Shown in pieces: positions 29,919-40,087 of a stretch of 64,000 nucleotides of DNA (its first letter is position 1; each line of letters starts with the position of its first letter). This DNA is from an uncultured Bacilli bacterium (GTDB taxonomy: Bacteria; Bacillota_I; Bacilli_A; RFN20; CAG-826), in NCBI GenBank assembly GCA_944372115.1, contig CALVYH010000002.1, positions 34,898 through 98,897 of the forward strand, in the 5' to 3' direction. A model generated the notes under the pieces. That model worked only from the letters and a program-made list of their open reading frames with translations, had not been told where the DNA came from and made no database searches. Position numbers and translations under genes: made by a program.

Positions 29919-32675
29919 ATGGAAACAAATGAAAATCGAACTGTGGCCTTTGAAACACTTTCTTCAAAAGATACAGTCACTTATCTTTCTAGTGATGTCG
30001 AAAAAGGCTTAAGTAGCGATGAAGCTAAGGCTAGATTAGAGAAGTATGGTCCTAATAAACTAGCTGAAAAGAAAAAGAAAAATATTTTCATGATTTTTCT
30101 TTCTCAACTTGCAGATCCAATGATTTATGTTCTTTTTGCAGCAGTTGTCGTTACTTTAATTATTTCAATTATCAATATTATGCAAGGAGAAGAAGGTGAT
30201 TGGGCTGATATTATTATCATCTTAATTGTTGTTTTACTTAACGCAATTATTGGAACAGTCCAAGAAAAGAAAGCTGAAACTTCATTAGAAGCATTAAAGA
30301 AGATGTCTTCCCCTGAATCAACTGTTATTAGAGATGGAAAAAGATTTAAAATTAAAAGCGAAGAACTTGTTCCAGGTGATATTGTCATTTTAGAAGAAGG
30401 CGATACTATCGGGGCAGATCTTAGACTTATTGAAGCAATAAATTTAAAAGCAAATGAATCATCATTAACTGGTGAATCTGTTCCTGTTGATAAAAAAGAT
30501 GATGTTGTATTCTCTCAATCAGTTGCTTTAGGTGATCAAGTCAATATGGCATTTATGTCAACTCCAGTTACTTATGGAAGAGGCAAAGGCATTGTTACAA
30601 GCACTGGAATGAATACTCAAATTGGTAAAATTGCAGGGGCTTTAGATAATGAAGAAGAAACTGAAACACCTTTGCAAAAGAAACTTGCTCAATTATCAAA
30701 AATCTTAGGTATTTTAACAATCGTTATTATCGTTGTTGTTTTAATTGCTGATATTATTTGGCTCGCTGTTCATGGAGATATTGGAAGCGTTGAAGGATGG
30801 ATGGATTCAATTCTTTCTTCCATTGCTTTAGCAGTTGCAGCAATTCCTGAAGGGCTTCCTGCTGTTGTTACAATTGTTTTAGCAATCGGCGTTAGAAGAA
30901 TGGTTAAAGCTAACACAATTGTTAGAAAATTACCTTCTGTTGAGACATTAGGTGCTGTCAAAGTTGTTTGCAGTGATAAAACTGGTACTTTAACCCAAAA
31001 TAAAATGACAGTTGTCGAAGCATATTTGCCAAATAAATATTTTAAAGAAGAAGACTTTACAGATGCTCATAAAGAAGAATTAAAAGTTTTAGCAACTGGC
31101 ATGTCTTTATGTTCAAATGCAACAGTTGATGAAGGATTATATGGTGATCCAACCGAAATTGCTTTAGTTGCATTTGCTAATGTTTTTGATTTCCATAAAA
31201 AAGCATTAGAGGTTGTCGAACCAAGAATTAATGAACTTCCCTTTGATAGCGTTAGAAAAATGATGTCAACACTTCATAGAAGAAGTGATGAAAGTGAAAT
31301 TCAATATACTAAAGGTGCACTAGACTCAATTCTTGCTTATACAAAATATATTCAAGATGGCGATAATGTAAGAGAAATTACAAGTGAAGATATTGAAAAA
31401 ATTAACGAAGCAAATAGTTATTTCGCTTCAAAAGCTTTAAGATCACTTGCTCTTGCTTATAAAAACACAAACTTAATCGAAGAAAACGACCTTATCTTTG
31501 TTGGTCTTGTTGCAATGATTGACCCACCTCGTCCTGAAGCAAAGGGTGCAGTTAAAAACTTTAAAGGTGCTGGCATTACAACAGTTATGATTACTGGTGA
31601 TCACAAAGATACTGCTTATGCAATTGCTAAAGATTTAGGAATTGTTAATAGTATTGATGAATGTATGACTGGAAAAGAAGTTGATGCTTTAAGTGAAAAC
31701 GAACTTCAAGAAGTTTGTAAACGTGTTAGAGTATTTGCTCGTGTTTCTCCAGAAAATAAAGTTAATATTGTCAAAGCCTTTAAAGCAAATGGAAATATTT
31801 GCGCTATGACTGGTGATGGTGTTAACGATGCTCCATCTCTTAAAGCTGCTGATATTGGTATTGCAATGGGTATTACTGGTACGGATGTTGCTAAAGGTGC
31901 AGCAGATATGGTTTTAACAGACGATAACTTTGCTTCTATTGAAAAAGCTGTCGAAGAAGGTAGAGGAATTTATGCAAATATTAAAAAGACTGTTTTATTC
32001 CTTCTTTCTTGTAATATGGGTGAAGTTTTCTCGATGTTCTTCATGATTTGTTTAGGCTTCCCAGCTCCATTAATTGCAATACATCTTTTATGGGTTAATT
32101 TAATTACTGACTCATTGCCAGCTATTGCATTAGGTATGGACCCTAAAGACCCATTAAATATGAAAGACAAACCACGTAATCCAAATGAATCAATCTTTGC
32201 TCATGGCGGTTATTTTGCAACCTTTGGATATGGTCTTGTTGTTTCATTAATTACTATCGCTGGATTTATTTTAACTGCAGCTCATTTAAATAATTGGCAA
32301 ATTTCTTATGAATATTTAGTGAATTTAGATGGAACAACCTTACATCATTGTCAAACAGTTGCATTTACAGTTTTAGCTGTTTCTCAACTTTTCCATATGT
32401 TAGGCATGTCAAATACAAGAAGATCATTTGTTCATGTTTTCAAAGACAAAAACTGGATGATGCTTGTTGCCTTCCTTGTTGGATTAGCATTACAACTTTT
32501 AGTTGTCGAAGTTCCTGTCTTTAATAGTTTCTTCTCAACTCATAATTTTGATGGTTTTGAATGGATTATTACAGCATGTCTTGCTATTGTTCCTCTTGTT
32601 ATTCATGAAATAAGTGTATTTATTATGTGGATAATTAGAAAAACAAAAGAGAAAAAAGAAACTGTCAATGAATAA
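29919..32675 (+). CDS. P-type cation-transporting ATPase, type IIA (Ca2+-ATPase-like)
   Basis: DKTGTLT phosphorylation motif, TGDGVNDAPSLK hinge, 10 predicted TM segments. Confidence 0.88.
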   Translation: METNENRTVAFETLSSKDTVTYLSSDVEKGLSSDEAKARLEKYGPNKLAEKKKKNIFMIFLSQLADPMIYVLFAAVVVTLIISIINIMQGEEGDWADIIIILIVVLLNAIIGTVQEKKAETSLEALKKMSSPESTVIRDGKRFKIKSEELVPGDIVILEEGDTIGADLRLIEAINLKANESSLTGESVPVDKKDDVVFSQSVALGDQVNMAFMSTPVTYGRGKGIVTSTGMNTQIGKIAGALDNEEETETPLQKKLAQLSKILGILTIVIIVVVLIADIIWLAVHGDIGSVEGWMDSILSSIALAVAAIPEGLPAVVTIVLAIGVRRMVKANTIVRKLPSVETLGAVKVVCSDKTGTLTQNKMTVVEAYLPNKYFKEEDFTDAHKEELKVLATGMSLCSNATVDEGLYGDPTEIALVAFANVFDFHKKALEVVEPRINELPFDSVRKMMSTLHRRSDESEIQYTKGALDSILAYTKYIQDGDNVREITSEDIEKINEANSYFASKALRSLALAYKNTNLIEENDLIFVGLVAMIDPPRPEAKGAVKNFKGAGITTVMITGDHKDTAYAIAKDLGIVNSIDECMTGKEVDALSENELQEVCKRVRVFARVSPENKVNIVKAFKANGNICAMTGDGVNDAPSLKAADIGIAMGITGTDVAKGAADMVLTDDNFASIEKAVEEGRGIYANIKKTVLFLLSCNMGEVFSMFFMICLGFPAPLIAIHLLWVNLITDSLPAIALGMDPKDPLNMKDKPRNPNESIFAHGGYFATFGYGLVVSLITIAGFILTAAHLNNWQISYEYLVNLDGTTLHHCQTVAFTVLAVSQLFHMLGMSNTRRSFVHVFKDKNWMMLVAFLVGLALQLLVVEVPVFNSFFSTHNFDGFEWIITACLAIVPLVIHEISVFIMWIIRKTKEKKETVNE

Positions 32676-32690
32676 TTAAAAATAAAGATT

Positions 32691-32726
32691 AACCACTAAG
32701 TTTAACTACTTAGTGGTTTATTTTTT
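32691..32726 (+). terminator. rho-independent terminator
   Basis: Stem AACCACTAAGT/ACTTAGTGGTT, then a T-run. Confidence 0.8.
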
Positions 32727-32862
32727 ACTCCTATATATGGGGAATAAATTTAATTATTCCCTCCCACAACCTACGTCGACGTCTTACTAGACAATAAGGT
32801 TTTTCAAAAGAACAAATATTCACTTTTTAAACAATTTTAATATAATTTTAATATCAGCTTAT

Positions 32863-33417
32863 ATGAATTTTATCGGGACAAATATTATATCTTTAGAGAA
32901 CATAGTTTTAACTAAGTTTAATGAAAACGATTATTTGGACTTATTTGAATACGCTTCTAATAAGGAAGTTGTTAAATTTTTGACGTGGAATCAATATAAA
33001 AGTATTGATGAAGCAAAAGATTATTTAAAAAATATAGCTTGTAAATACGATAATAAAACTTTTAGATGGGCGATTCGCTATAAAGAAAATAATAAACTTA
33101 TCGGTTGTATTGATGTTGTTTCTTTAGATTTAAATAAAGAAGAAGTTGAACTTGGTTATGTATTAAATCCTAAATATCAAAATAAAGGCTTAATGAGTGA
33201 AGCTTTAAAAGGAGTAACCAAATATTTATTTAATGAAGTATTAATAAACAAAATAAAAATAAGATGCAATGTCGATAACATTGCATCTTATAAAGTTATG
33301 AAAAATGCTTCTTTTAAGGATATGAATATAATAAGAGTAGAAAATATAAAAGGAAAAGATGTTTTTGTTAGATATACTTATTTAACTAAATACGATTATT
33401 TTTATAAATTTAGATAA
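32863..33417 (+). CDS. GNAT-family N-acetyltransferase (RimL/RimJ-like)
   Basis: GNAT core VELGYVLNPKYQNKGLMSEAL. Confidence 0.7.
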   Translation: MNFIGTNIISLENIVLTKFNENDYLDLFEYASNKEVVKFLTWNQYKSIDEAKDYLKNIACKYDNKTFRWAIRYKENNKLIGCIDVVSLDLNKEEVELGYVLNPKYQNKGLMSEALKGVTKYLFNEVLINKIKIRCNVDNIASYKVMKNASFKDMNIIRVENIKGKDVFVRYTYLTKYDYFYKFR

Positions 33418-33432
33418 CAATATATCATTAAA

Positions 33433-34752
33433 CTAGATTTTATTAATTACACCTGAAAAAATAATGTTTTCATTACTATCTTTAATATAAAATCCGAATG
33501 TTTTATCAATTATAAAATCTTTATAGATATCTTTATATTCTATTGGACGATCACCAGTTGCTCCATCCGCTCCTATAGCTGTAACTGCAGCTCCTTCAAT
33601 TCCTTTTTTATTTACCTTTAATTTAGTTATATGAATAATAGTAGATATAAATACATTACTTTCTTTTAAGAAATCATCTTTTATAATTGATGAGAAATCT
33701 GCTAAAACTTCGTTAGTTGAATTAACAAGATTAAATCTATTTTTCATAAAATCAAGTAAATCTTCATTAAATTCACCTTCAAATTCAGGGAAAATTGTTC
33801 TAGTATGATATTTAATTTTATTTATTTCATCATAAGGATTATAACTTTCAATATTTTCAATCTCTTTAATTGTTGATTCATTAAATACTTCATCAATTGA
33901 ATATCCATCTTTTGGTTTAATAAATTGGAGGGTGTAATTTCTTCTTGTTTTAGTATAGAAAGTTTCATATTTTTCATTTTCATAAACTTGGCCTACATTA
34001 TAATAACCTTCTAAAAATTTCTTTTTACTTATTTCACCATTTTTATTTTTAAATTCAATTTCTTTGTTAAAATAAGGCAAATCATCACCGAGTTCATTCC
34101 AAATATCTTTATAATAAAGAATGTTTAATAAAACAAGCATTGTGTTTTCGCCAAAATTAAACTCGTTATTAATTAGTCCTTTAGTTTTATCTTTAACATA
34201 GTTTTGAATAGATTTATTCATTTCTTTATTTTGGTTAAAAAAATCTCCATAGTAAGAAGTTGTAAAGAAATTATCACTTAATTCTTTCAATCCTTCATCT
34301 TTAAATTCACATTTTGTATCAAGCCATAAAGAGTTAGTAAAATTAGTTACACCAAAATGATTTTCATTATTTAATAGAGAATAAAATGTAGGAATATTAT
34401 CAATTAATTCATCATATGAAGAAATATTTAAAACTTTTAATATTTCTTCTCTTGATGAATTATTTGTTGAAGCAGCTGCCATAGCTAAACCCATATACAT
34501 TGAAGCAGGGGATACAACTAAATTATCATAAGTATTTTTATAATCTTGATAAATATAAGAAGAAAATTTTGAAGCAAATGACAAAGTTGATTCTTCAAAA
34601 GTTTGATATGATTCACTATAAATATAATCGCCATCTAATTTAACTTTATCTTTGCTTTCATAAATTAAAGTTGCGACATTACTATTCATACAAGAAGTTA
34701 AAGAAAAAGGAATAATCGCAAAAGAAAATAAAAATTTAACTATATTTTTCAT
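33433..34752 (-). CDS. serpin-family protease inhibitor lipoprotein
   Basis: Signal peptide with lipobox LTSC. Serpin N-terminal helix motif NLVVSPASMYMGLAMAAASTNNSSREEIL. Hinge and reactive-centre-loop region EGAAVTAIGADGATGDRP. C-terminal F..D.PF...I-type motif FIIDKTFGFYIKDSNENIIFSGVI. Confidence 0.75.
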   Translation of the reverse strand: MKNIVKFLFSFAIIPFSLTSCMNSNVATLIYESKDKVKLDGDYIYSESYQTFEESTLSFASKFSSYIYQDYKNTYDNLVVSPASMYMGLAMAAASTNNSSREEILKVLNISSYDELIDNIPTFYSLLNNENHFGVTNFTNSLWLDTKCEFKDEGLKELSDNFFTTSYYGDFFNQNKEMNKSIQNYVKDKTKGLINNEFNFGENTMLVLLNILYYKDIWNELGDDLPYFNKEIEFKNKNGEISKKKFLEGYYNVGQVYENEKYETFYTKTRRNYTLQFIKPKDGYSIDEVFNESTIKEIENIESYNPYDEINKIKYHTRTIFPEFEGEFNEDLLDFMKNRFNLVNSTNEVLADFSSIIKDDFLKESNVFISTIIHITKLKVNKKGIEGAAVTAIGADGATGDRPIEYKDIYKDFIIDKTFGFYIKDSNENIIFSGVINKI

Positions 34753-34847
34753 ACTTTCACCTCGTTTATTTTATTAATAAGAGATATACATATTATTTTT
34801 GGTGCAATTAAATTATAAAAAAAGAGATTTATTTTTAAAATAAATCT

Positions 34848-36791
34848 CTAGATATTAACATTTTTGTTTATGATTTGATCTTGGAATTGATCAATTTGTT
34901 CACCAATATTGAGTTCTTTAAATTGGTTTGTATAAAGCTTATGATAATATCCTTTTTTCTCCATCAGACTCTTATGATTTCCGTCTTCAACTACAACACC
35001 ATCTTTCATAACTAATATTCTTGAAGCATCAACAATAGTAGATAAACGGTGAGCAATAATTAACGATGTTCTTCCAACAAGCATCTTATTAATAGCACCT
35101 TGAATATCGTGCTCAGTTTCAGTATCAATAGAAGAAGTTGCTTCATCTAAGATTAAAATTTTTGGATTTCTAACGATTGCTCTAGCAAAAGAAATAAGTT
35201 GTTTTTGTCCTTGAGATAATTCATTTCCGCCATCTTTAAGATAAGTATTATATCCATCTTTAAGTGACATAATGAAATCATGAATATCGAGTTCTTTACA
35301 TACTTTTATAATTTCTTCATCAGTTGCATCAAGTTTTCCATAACGAATATTATCGTTGATTGTTCCTTTAAAGATAAAAGGAGTTTGTTGAACGAATCCA
35401 ATGTTACTTCTTAACCAACCAACACTTCTTTCTTTATAATCAACGCCGTCAATCAAGATTTTTCCTTTTGTAGGTTCATAGAATCTACAAAGTAGATTAA
35501 CGGTTGTAGATTTTCCGCTTCCTGTTTCGCCAACAATTGCTAACGAAGTACCTTTTTCGATATGTAAATTTAAATCGTGTAAAACTTCAATTTCTGGGTT
35601 ATAAGAAAAAGAAACATGGTCAAATTGGATATCACCTTCTAAAGGTTCAAAATTTTCGGTTTTGTTATTAAAAATATCACCATATTTTTTAATAACTGCA
35701 GGAGTATCAACCAATGTTGGTTTTGTATCAATTAACATGAATAATTTTTCAACACTTGCTTGAGTTCCCATTAAATCAGCAAATATTTCAGCAAATTGTC
35801 TAATTGGGTTATAAATGTGAGATACAAAGTTGATAAATAAAACGAGCATAGCTGCATTAATAATAATGATGTGGTTATCATTAAAAATTGGAACAACTAA
35901 AATTATGATTGCAGTTGTAATATAAGAAAGAAAATCGACACAAGGCCAGAAGAATCCACTAGTTCTTTGAGTTTTTAATCTCTTTTTTCTAACATCATCC
36001 GTAATTTCTTCGCATTCTTCTTTAATTGTCTCTTCAATCGCCATTGTTTTGATTGTTTTATTTCCATTAATTGATTCGGCAAGCCAACCAACAAAATAAG
36101 AATAAGCGCTACGAGCAATACGAGAGAATTTTAAGATTAATTTTTCAAATACCATAACAACAACAAAAATTAATGGAGTTGTTGCAAGAATAATTAATGA
36201 TAATTGCCATGATTGGCTAAACATAGTAATTAAAGTAAAAATAAGTGAAAAAGAAATTTGGAAAATTCTTAAAACAGAATAAGATAAAACTTCACCAATA
36301 CTAGCGGCATCGTTATTTAAACGGGCAATAAGCCAACCTGAAGGAGTTTTATCAAAATATGAGAATGATAATTCTTGAATTCTTTTAAAAGCATCTCTTC
36401 TAAGTTGAGTCATAATTTCCATTTCAATGTAATTCATTGAAAAGAAAAGTCCAAACATAGCAAATGATCTTACTACAACAAGAACAATTGCTAAAATTAA
36501 GTAATTTTTAAAAGATAAAATAAATGGAATTCCTAAAATATTAAAATTTAATAAAACATTCCAAATATTAACGTCTCCCCCAAAAAGAGGTCCGTTATCT
36601 TCAAAAGCAGCAATTAAAGCTGCGTTAGCAACAGGAACAAAGGAAGAATCATAGAATGCTTGAAAAAGCATACATAAAAGTAAAACTATAACTATTGGCC
36701 ATAGTTTTTTAATATACTTAACTGTTTTAATCCAAACAGAGAAATTCAACTTATCAGTTACAACACTTTCTTCAACGTATGCGCTTGCCAT
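34848..36791 (-). CDS. ABC exporter fused permease/ATPase (type I exporter, half of a heterodimer)
   Basis: Six-TM N-terminal domain. Walker A GETGSGKST. Signature LSQGQKQLISFARA. Confidence 0.8.
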   Translation of the reverse strand: MASAYVEESVVTDKLNFSVWIKTVKYIKKLWPIVIVLLLCMLFQAFYDSSFVPVANAALIAAFEDNGPLFGGDVNIWNVLLNFNILGIPFILSFKNYLILAIVLVVVRSFAMFGLFFSMNYIEMEIMTQLRRDAFKRIQELSFSYFDKTPSGWLIARLNNDAASIGEVLSYSVLRIFQISFSLIFTLITMFSQSWQLSLIILATTPLIFVVVMVFEKLILKFSRIARSAYSYFVGWLAESINGNKTIKTMAIEETIKEECEEITDDVRKKRLKTQRTSGFFWPCVDFLSYITTAIIILVVPIFNDNHIIIINAAMLVLFINFVSHIYNPIRQFAEIFADLMGTQASVEKLFMLIDTKPTLVDTPAVIKKYGDIFNNKTENFEPLEGDIQFDHVSFSYNPEIEVLHDLNLHIEKGTSLAIVGETGSGKSTTVNLLCRFYEPTKGKILIDGVDYKERSVGWLRSNIGFVQQTPFIFKGTINDNIRYGKLDATDEEIIKVCKELDIHDFIMSLKDGYNTYLKDGGNELSQGQKQLISFARAIVRNPKILILDEATSSIDTETEHDIQGAINKMLVGRTSLIIAHRLSTIVDASRILVMKDGVVVEDGNHKSLMEKKGYYHKLYTNQFKELNIGEQIDQFQDQIINKNVNI

Positions 36792-36794
36792 AAA

Positions 36795-38603
36795 TTACTC
36801 CATTTTTGTTTGAATTTTGTAAATTCTTGAATATAATCCCTCTTTATTTACTAAATCATCATGTTTACCCATTGCTTCAATTTTTCCATTATTTAATACA
36901 ATAATTAAATCAGCATCTTTTGCGGTAGCAATTCTATGAGTAATGATAATAGTTGTTGATTTAGTATCACGATTTTTTAAAGCTTGTCTAATGTTATAGT
37001 CGGTTTCGGTATCAACCGCCGATAATGAATCATCGAAAATTAAAACTGGTGAATTTAAAATTAAGCTTCTTGCAATTGCAACTCTTTGTTTTTGTCCACC
37101 AGAAAGGGTTGTTCCTCTTTCTCCAACAGGTGTATCATAACCAAATTGGAATTTATTGATTGAGTCGTGAATTTGGGATATTTTTGTGGCCTTTTTAATA
37201 TCGTCTTCAGTTACATCTTTTTTTCCGATTGTTAAATTATCTTTAATAGTTTTAGAAAAAAGGAATGGTTCTTGTAAAATTAATGCAATATTTTTTCTAA
37301 GCCATGCTTTTTCGATTTTTTGAATATTCATTCCATCAATATCAATTTCACCACTTTGATAATCGTAAAGTCTATTGAGTAAATAAGCTAAAGTAGATTT
37401 TCCGCTACCTGTTTTGCCCATAATTGCAACAGTTTGACCAGCTTTTACACTAAAAGAAACATCTTTTATAGCATTTCTATCTGGCTCATCAGGGAAAGCA
37501 AATGAAACATGTTTGAATTCAATATCGCCTTTAATTACAGGTTTTTCTCCAGTATAAATATCTTCATTTGGAGAATCTAAAAGAATGTTTATTCTTTCTA
37601 CTGCGGCATATGCTCTAGCAACATTAGAAAGAATAGTGGCTAAGTCTCTAATAGGCCAAACGATTGTATCAGCATAAGTAAAGGCAATAACCATGGTTCC
37701 AACGCTAATTCCAGCCAAATGAAGTGGATCAGCATATCTTTGATAGCATAGATAAAAACCAAAAACAGTTGTTAATAAAATTTGACCGAAAATAAAAATA
37801 TCTGAAGAAGAGAAGAAAAATGCACTCATTTTTCTCCAATGAATAAATTTTTTCTTATAATCATCTATATATGTTTCAAAATTATTGATTTCATAAGCTT
37901 CATTATTAAAAGCTTTAACAACTCTAACTGCAGAAAGATTTTCTTCAACCTTAGCCGTCATTTCACCTTCACTATCATCTGTTGCTCTATATCTTCTTCT
38001 AACTTCTTTAATTAAGAAGAAAGAATAAACAAACATAATAGGCATTAAAGCCATTGTAATTAAGGTTATTTCTACATTTGTAATAAATAAAATAATAACA
38101 GCGATAATTACGATAAAAACTGAATAAAAAATTGAATACATGTGATCAGTTAAAAATCTTCTAAAAACATCTTCATCACGTGTACAAGTTTGTAAAATAT
38201 CGCCGTTTTTCATTCCTTTTACTTGAGAATAAGGAAGTCTTTCTACTTTATAAAATAAAGCGTCTTGAAGTTGTTTGCCCATTTGAGTAGAAGTTTTTGC
38301 TCTATAGACAAATCTAAAAGCAGCAGTTCCACCACTTAAAAGTGCAAAAATTACTAAAATAATAGCAAAAACCCAGAGATTATTTGTTAATAAGTCATAT
38401 CCACCAAATGCATTAAAAAAAGCTTTTTCTAAAAAATCCATTGTTTCAAAACTTTCTTTATTAATCGCATCAATTAATGCTTTTGTTGTATATGTTCCAA
38501 GCATATAAAATAAAAGCGATATAAAAAGTAAGACATAATAGAAGTAATATCTAAATCGTACGCCTTTGAGCATGATATTTTTGGCTTTAGTAATTTTACT
38601 CAT
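36795..38603 (-). CDS. ABC exporter fused permease/ATPase (heterodimer partner)
   Basis: Walker A GKTGSGKST. Signature LSGGQKQRVAIARS. Adjacent and co-oriented with a 4-nt gap. Confidence 0.8.
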   Translation of the reverse strand: MSKITKAKNIMLKGVRFRYYFYYVLLFISLLFYMLGTYTTKALIDAINKESFETMDFLEKAFFNAFGGYDLLTNNLWVFAIILVIFALLSGGTAAFRFVYRAKTSTQMGKQLQDALFYKVERLPYSQVKGMKNGDILQTCTRDEDVFRRFLTDHMYSIFYSVFIVIIAVIILFITNVEITLITMALMPIMFVYSFFLIKEVRRRYRATDDSEGEMTAKVEENLSAVRVVKAFNNEAYEINNFETYIDDYKKKFIHWRKMSAFFFSSSDIFIFGQILLTTVFGFYLCYQRYADPLHLAGISVGTMVIAFTYADTIVWPIRDLATILSNVARAYAAVERINILLDSPNEDIYTGEKPVIKGDIEFKHVSFAFPDEPDRNAIKDVSFSVKAGQTVAIMGKTGSGKSTLAYLLNRLYDYQSGEIDIDGMNIQKIEKAWLRKNIALILQEPFLFSKTIKDNLTIGKKDVTEDDIKKATKISQIHDSINKFQFGYDTPVGERGTTLSGGQKQRVAIARSLILNSPVLIFDDSLSAVDTETDYNIRQALKNRDTKSTTIIITHRIATAKDADLIIVLNNGKIEAMGKHDDLVNKEGLYSRIYKIQTKME

Positions 38604-38666
38604 AGGGTTTATTTTAAACTTATTTTCAATAATTGCAAACGCATTTTTATGGTATACTTTAATGGT

Positions 38667-40085
38667 ATGAACGATGATAAAAATTTAGTTAATGAAAAGG
38701 AAATAGAAGAAGTTAAAAAAGAAGAAAAAGAGCAAGTTGAAGAGATAAATATTGAAAAAGAAAATAGCAAAGACGACAAACAAAAAAAGAAAAAGAATGC
38801 CTGGAAATACTTCATATATTTACTTATTGTTTTAGTTATTACTGTAATTGTTCTTTGGATAAATCTTGTTCAACCTGTTGAAGGAGAAGAGGGAACATTA
38901 GTTTATGAAATGATTCCTTATTTTATTCAAAATATGAATTATGGTTTTTTAGCTTTATTTTTAGGAATTGTTTTATTTTCTTTCTTATTAAATGCTTTTA
39001 TGATGTTTTTATATGCTCGACTTTATCAAAGACATTATAAATATCATCAAGGTTTAGCTTCGCAAGCTTATGATATATTTTATTCTTCGATTACTCCTGG
39101 AGCATATGGAGGAGAAATTGCTAAGGTTTATTTATTTAATAAGCAGGGCGTTGGTTTATCTAATGCGGCTTCTTTAATGGTAATGAATTTTATTGTTTAT
39201 CAAACTTGCTTAATATTTGTTGGATTAGTTTCATTATGTGTTAATTTTAATCAAATTTTAGCTATTCCAGCATTCCCAATTTCTATTACAATTAACGGAA
39301 ATCCAATTCCAGATATTCCTTTTTTCATCTTTATTATATTAGGATTTCTTTTAAATCTTTTAACTATGGGATTGATTCTTTTGATGTCTTCATCAAGAGC
39401 AATTCATAATTTCGTTATTAATCATTTAATTAATTTTTTAGGAAAAATAAAATTAGTCAAAAATGTTGAAGAGAAAAAAGAAAGCGTTAGATTACAAATT
39501 GAAAATTATCGAATTGAGTTAAGAAGATTACGTTCAAATATTCCTTTTTCTATTTTAGTTTTTTCTCTTACTTTAATTTCAATTATTGTAGGGAATTTAT
39601 ATCCTTTATTAAGTGGATTAACTTTAAATGGATTTAATGGAATGGAAAACGTTAATTATTTTCAAAAAATAGTCGATTGTATTTCTTTTTCTAATTTCCA
39701 TCAAATGGTTACAGGTTTAATTCCAATTCCTGGAACAGCCGGAATAAGTGAGTATGTTTTTGATAGACTTTTTGGCGCTAATTCTTCATATTTTTCTCAA
39801 CAATTTTATAATTTAGGTGGAGCAAACTTAGTCTTGCTTTTATGGAGATTTATTACTTTCTATTTACAGTTTGCTATATGTGGAATTGTAAGTGCCACTT
39901 ATAAAACAAGAGGTGTTCCTATTGAAGATCGTCTTATACCAGTTTCAAATAGAAAGACTATTTTAACTTTGTCAATCGATACGATTGAAGATAGAAAAGA
40001 AGATCTTGAAGAGATGACAAAAGAAAAAGAAATTAAGAAAAGTAAAGAAAAAAGAGAGAAAAAAGAGGAGAAAATTAATAAATAA
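38667..40085 (+). CDS. YbhN/UPF0104 'flippase-like' integral membrane protein (MprF transmembrane-domain family) with charged K/E-rich tails. The tracked ORF starts at 38649; the internal ATG at 38667 is more likely.
   Basis: Polytopic protein with a YbhN-like segment YARLYQRHYKYHQGLASQAYDIFYSSITPGAYGGEIAKVY. Putative extended -10 TGGTATACT overlaps the upstream ATG. Confidence 0.55.
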   Translation: MNDDKNLVNEKEIEEVKKEEKEQVEEINIEKENSKDDKQKKKKNAWKYFIYLLIVLVITVIVLWINLVQPVEGEEGTLVYEMIPYFIQNMNYGFLALFLGIVLFSFLLNAFMMFLYARLYQRHYKYHQGLASQAYDIFYSSITPGAYGGEIAKVYLFNKQGVGLSNAASLMVMNFIVYQTCLIFVGLVSLCVNFNQILAIPAFPISITINGNPIPDIPFFIFIILGFLLNLLTMGLILLMSSSRAIHNFVINHLINFLGKIKLVKNVEEKKESVRLQIENYRIELRRLRSNIPFSILVFSLTLISIIVGNLYPLLSGLTLNGFNGMENVNYFQKIVDCISFSNFHQMVTGLIPIPGTAGISEYVFDRLFGANSSYFSQQFYNLGGANLVLLLWRFITFYLQFAICGIVSATYKTRGVPIEDRLIPVSNRKTILTLSIDTIEDRKEDLEEMTKEKEIKKSKEKREKKEEKINK

Positions 40086-40087
40086 AT

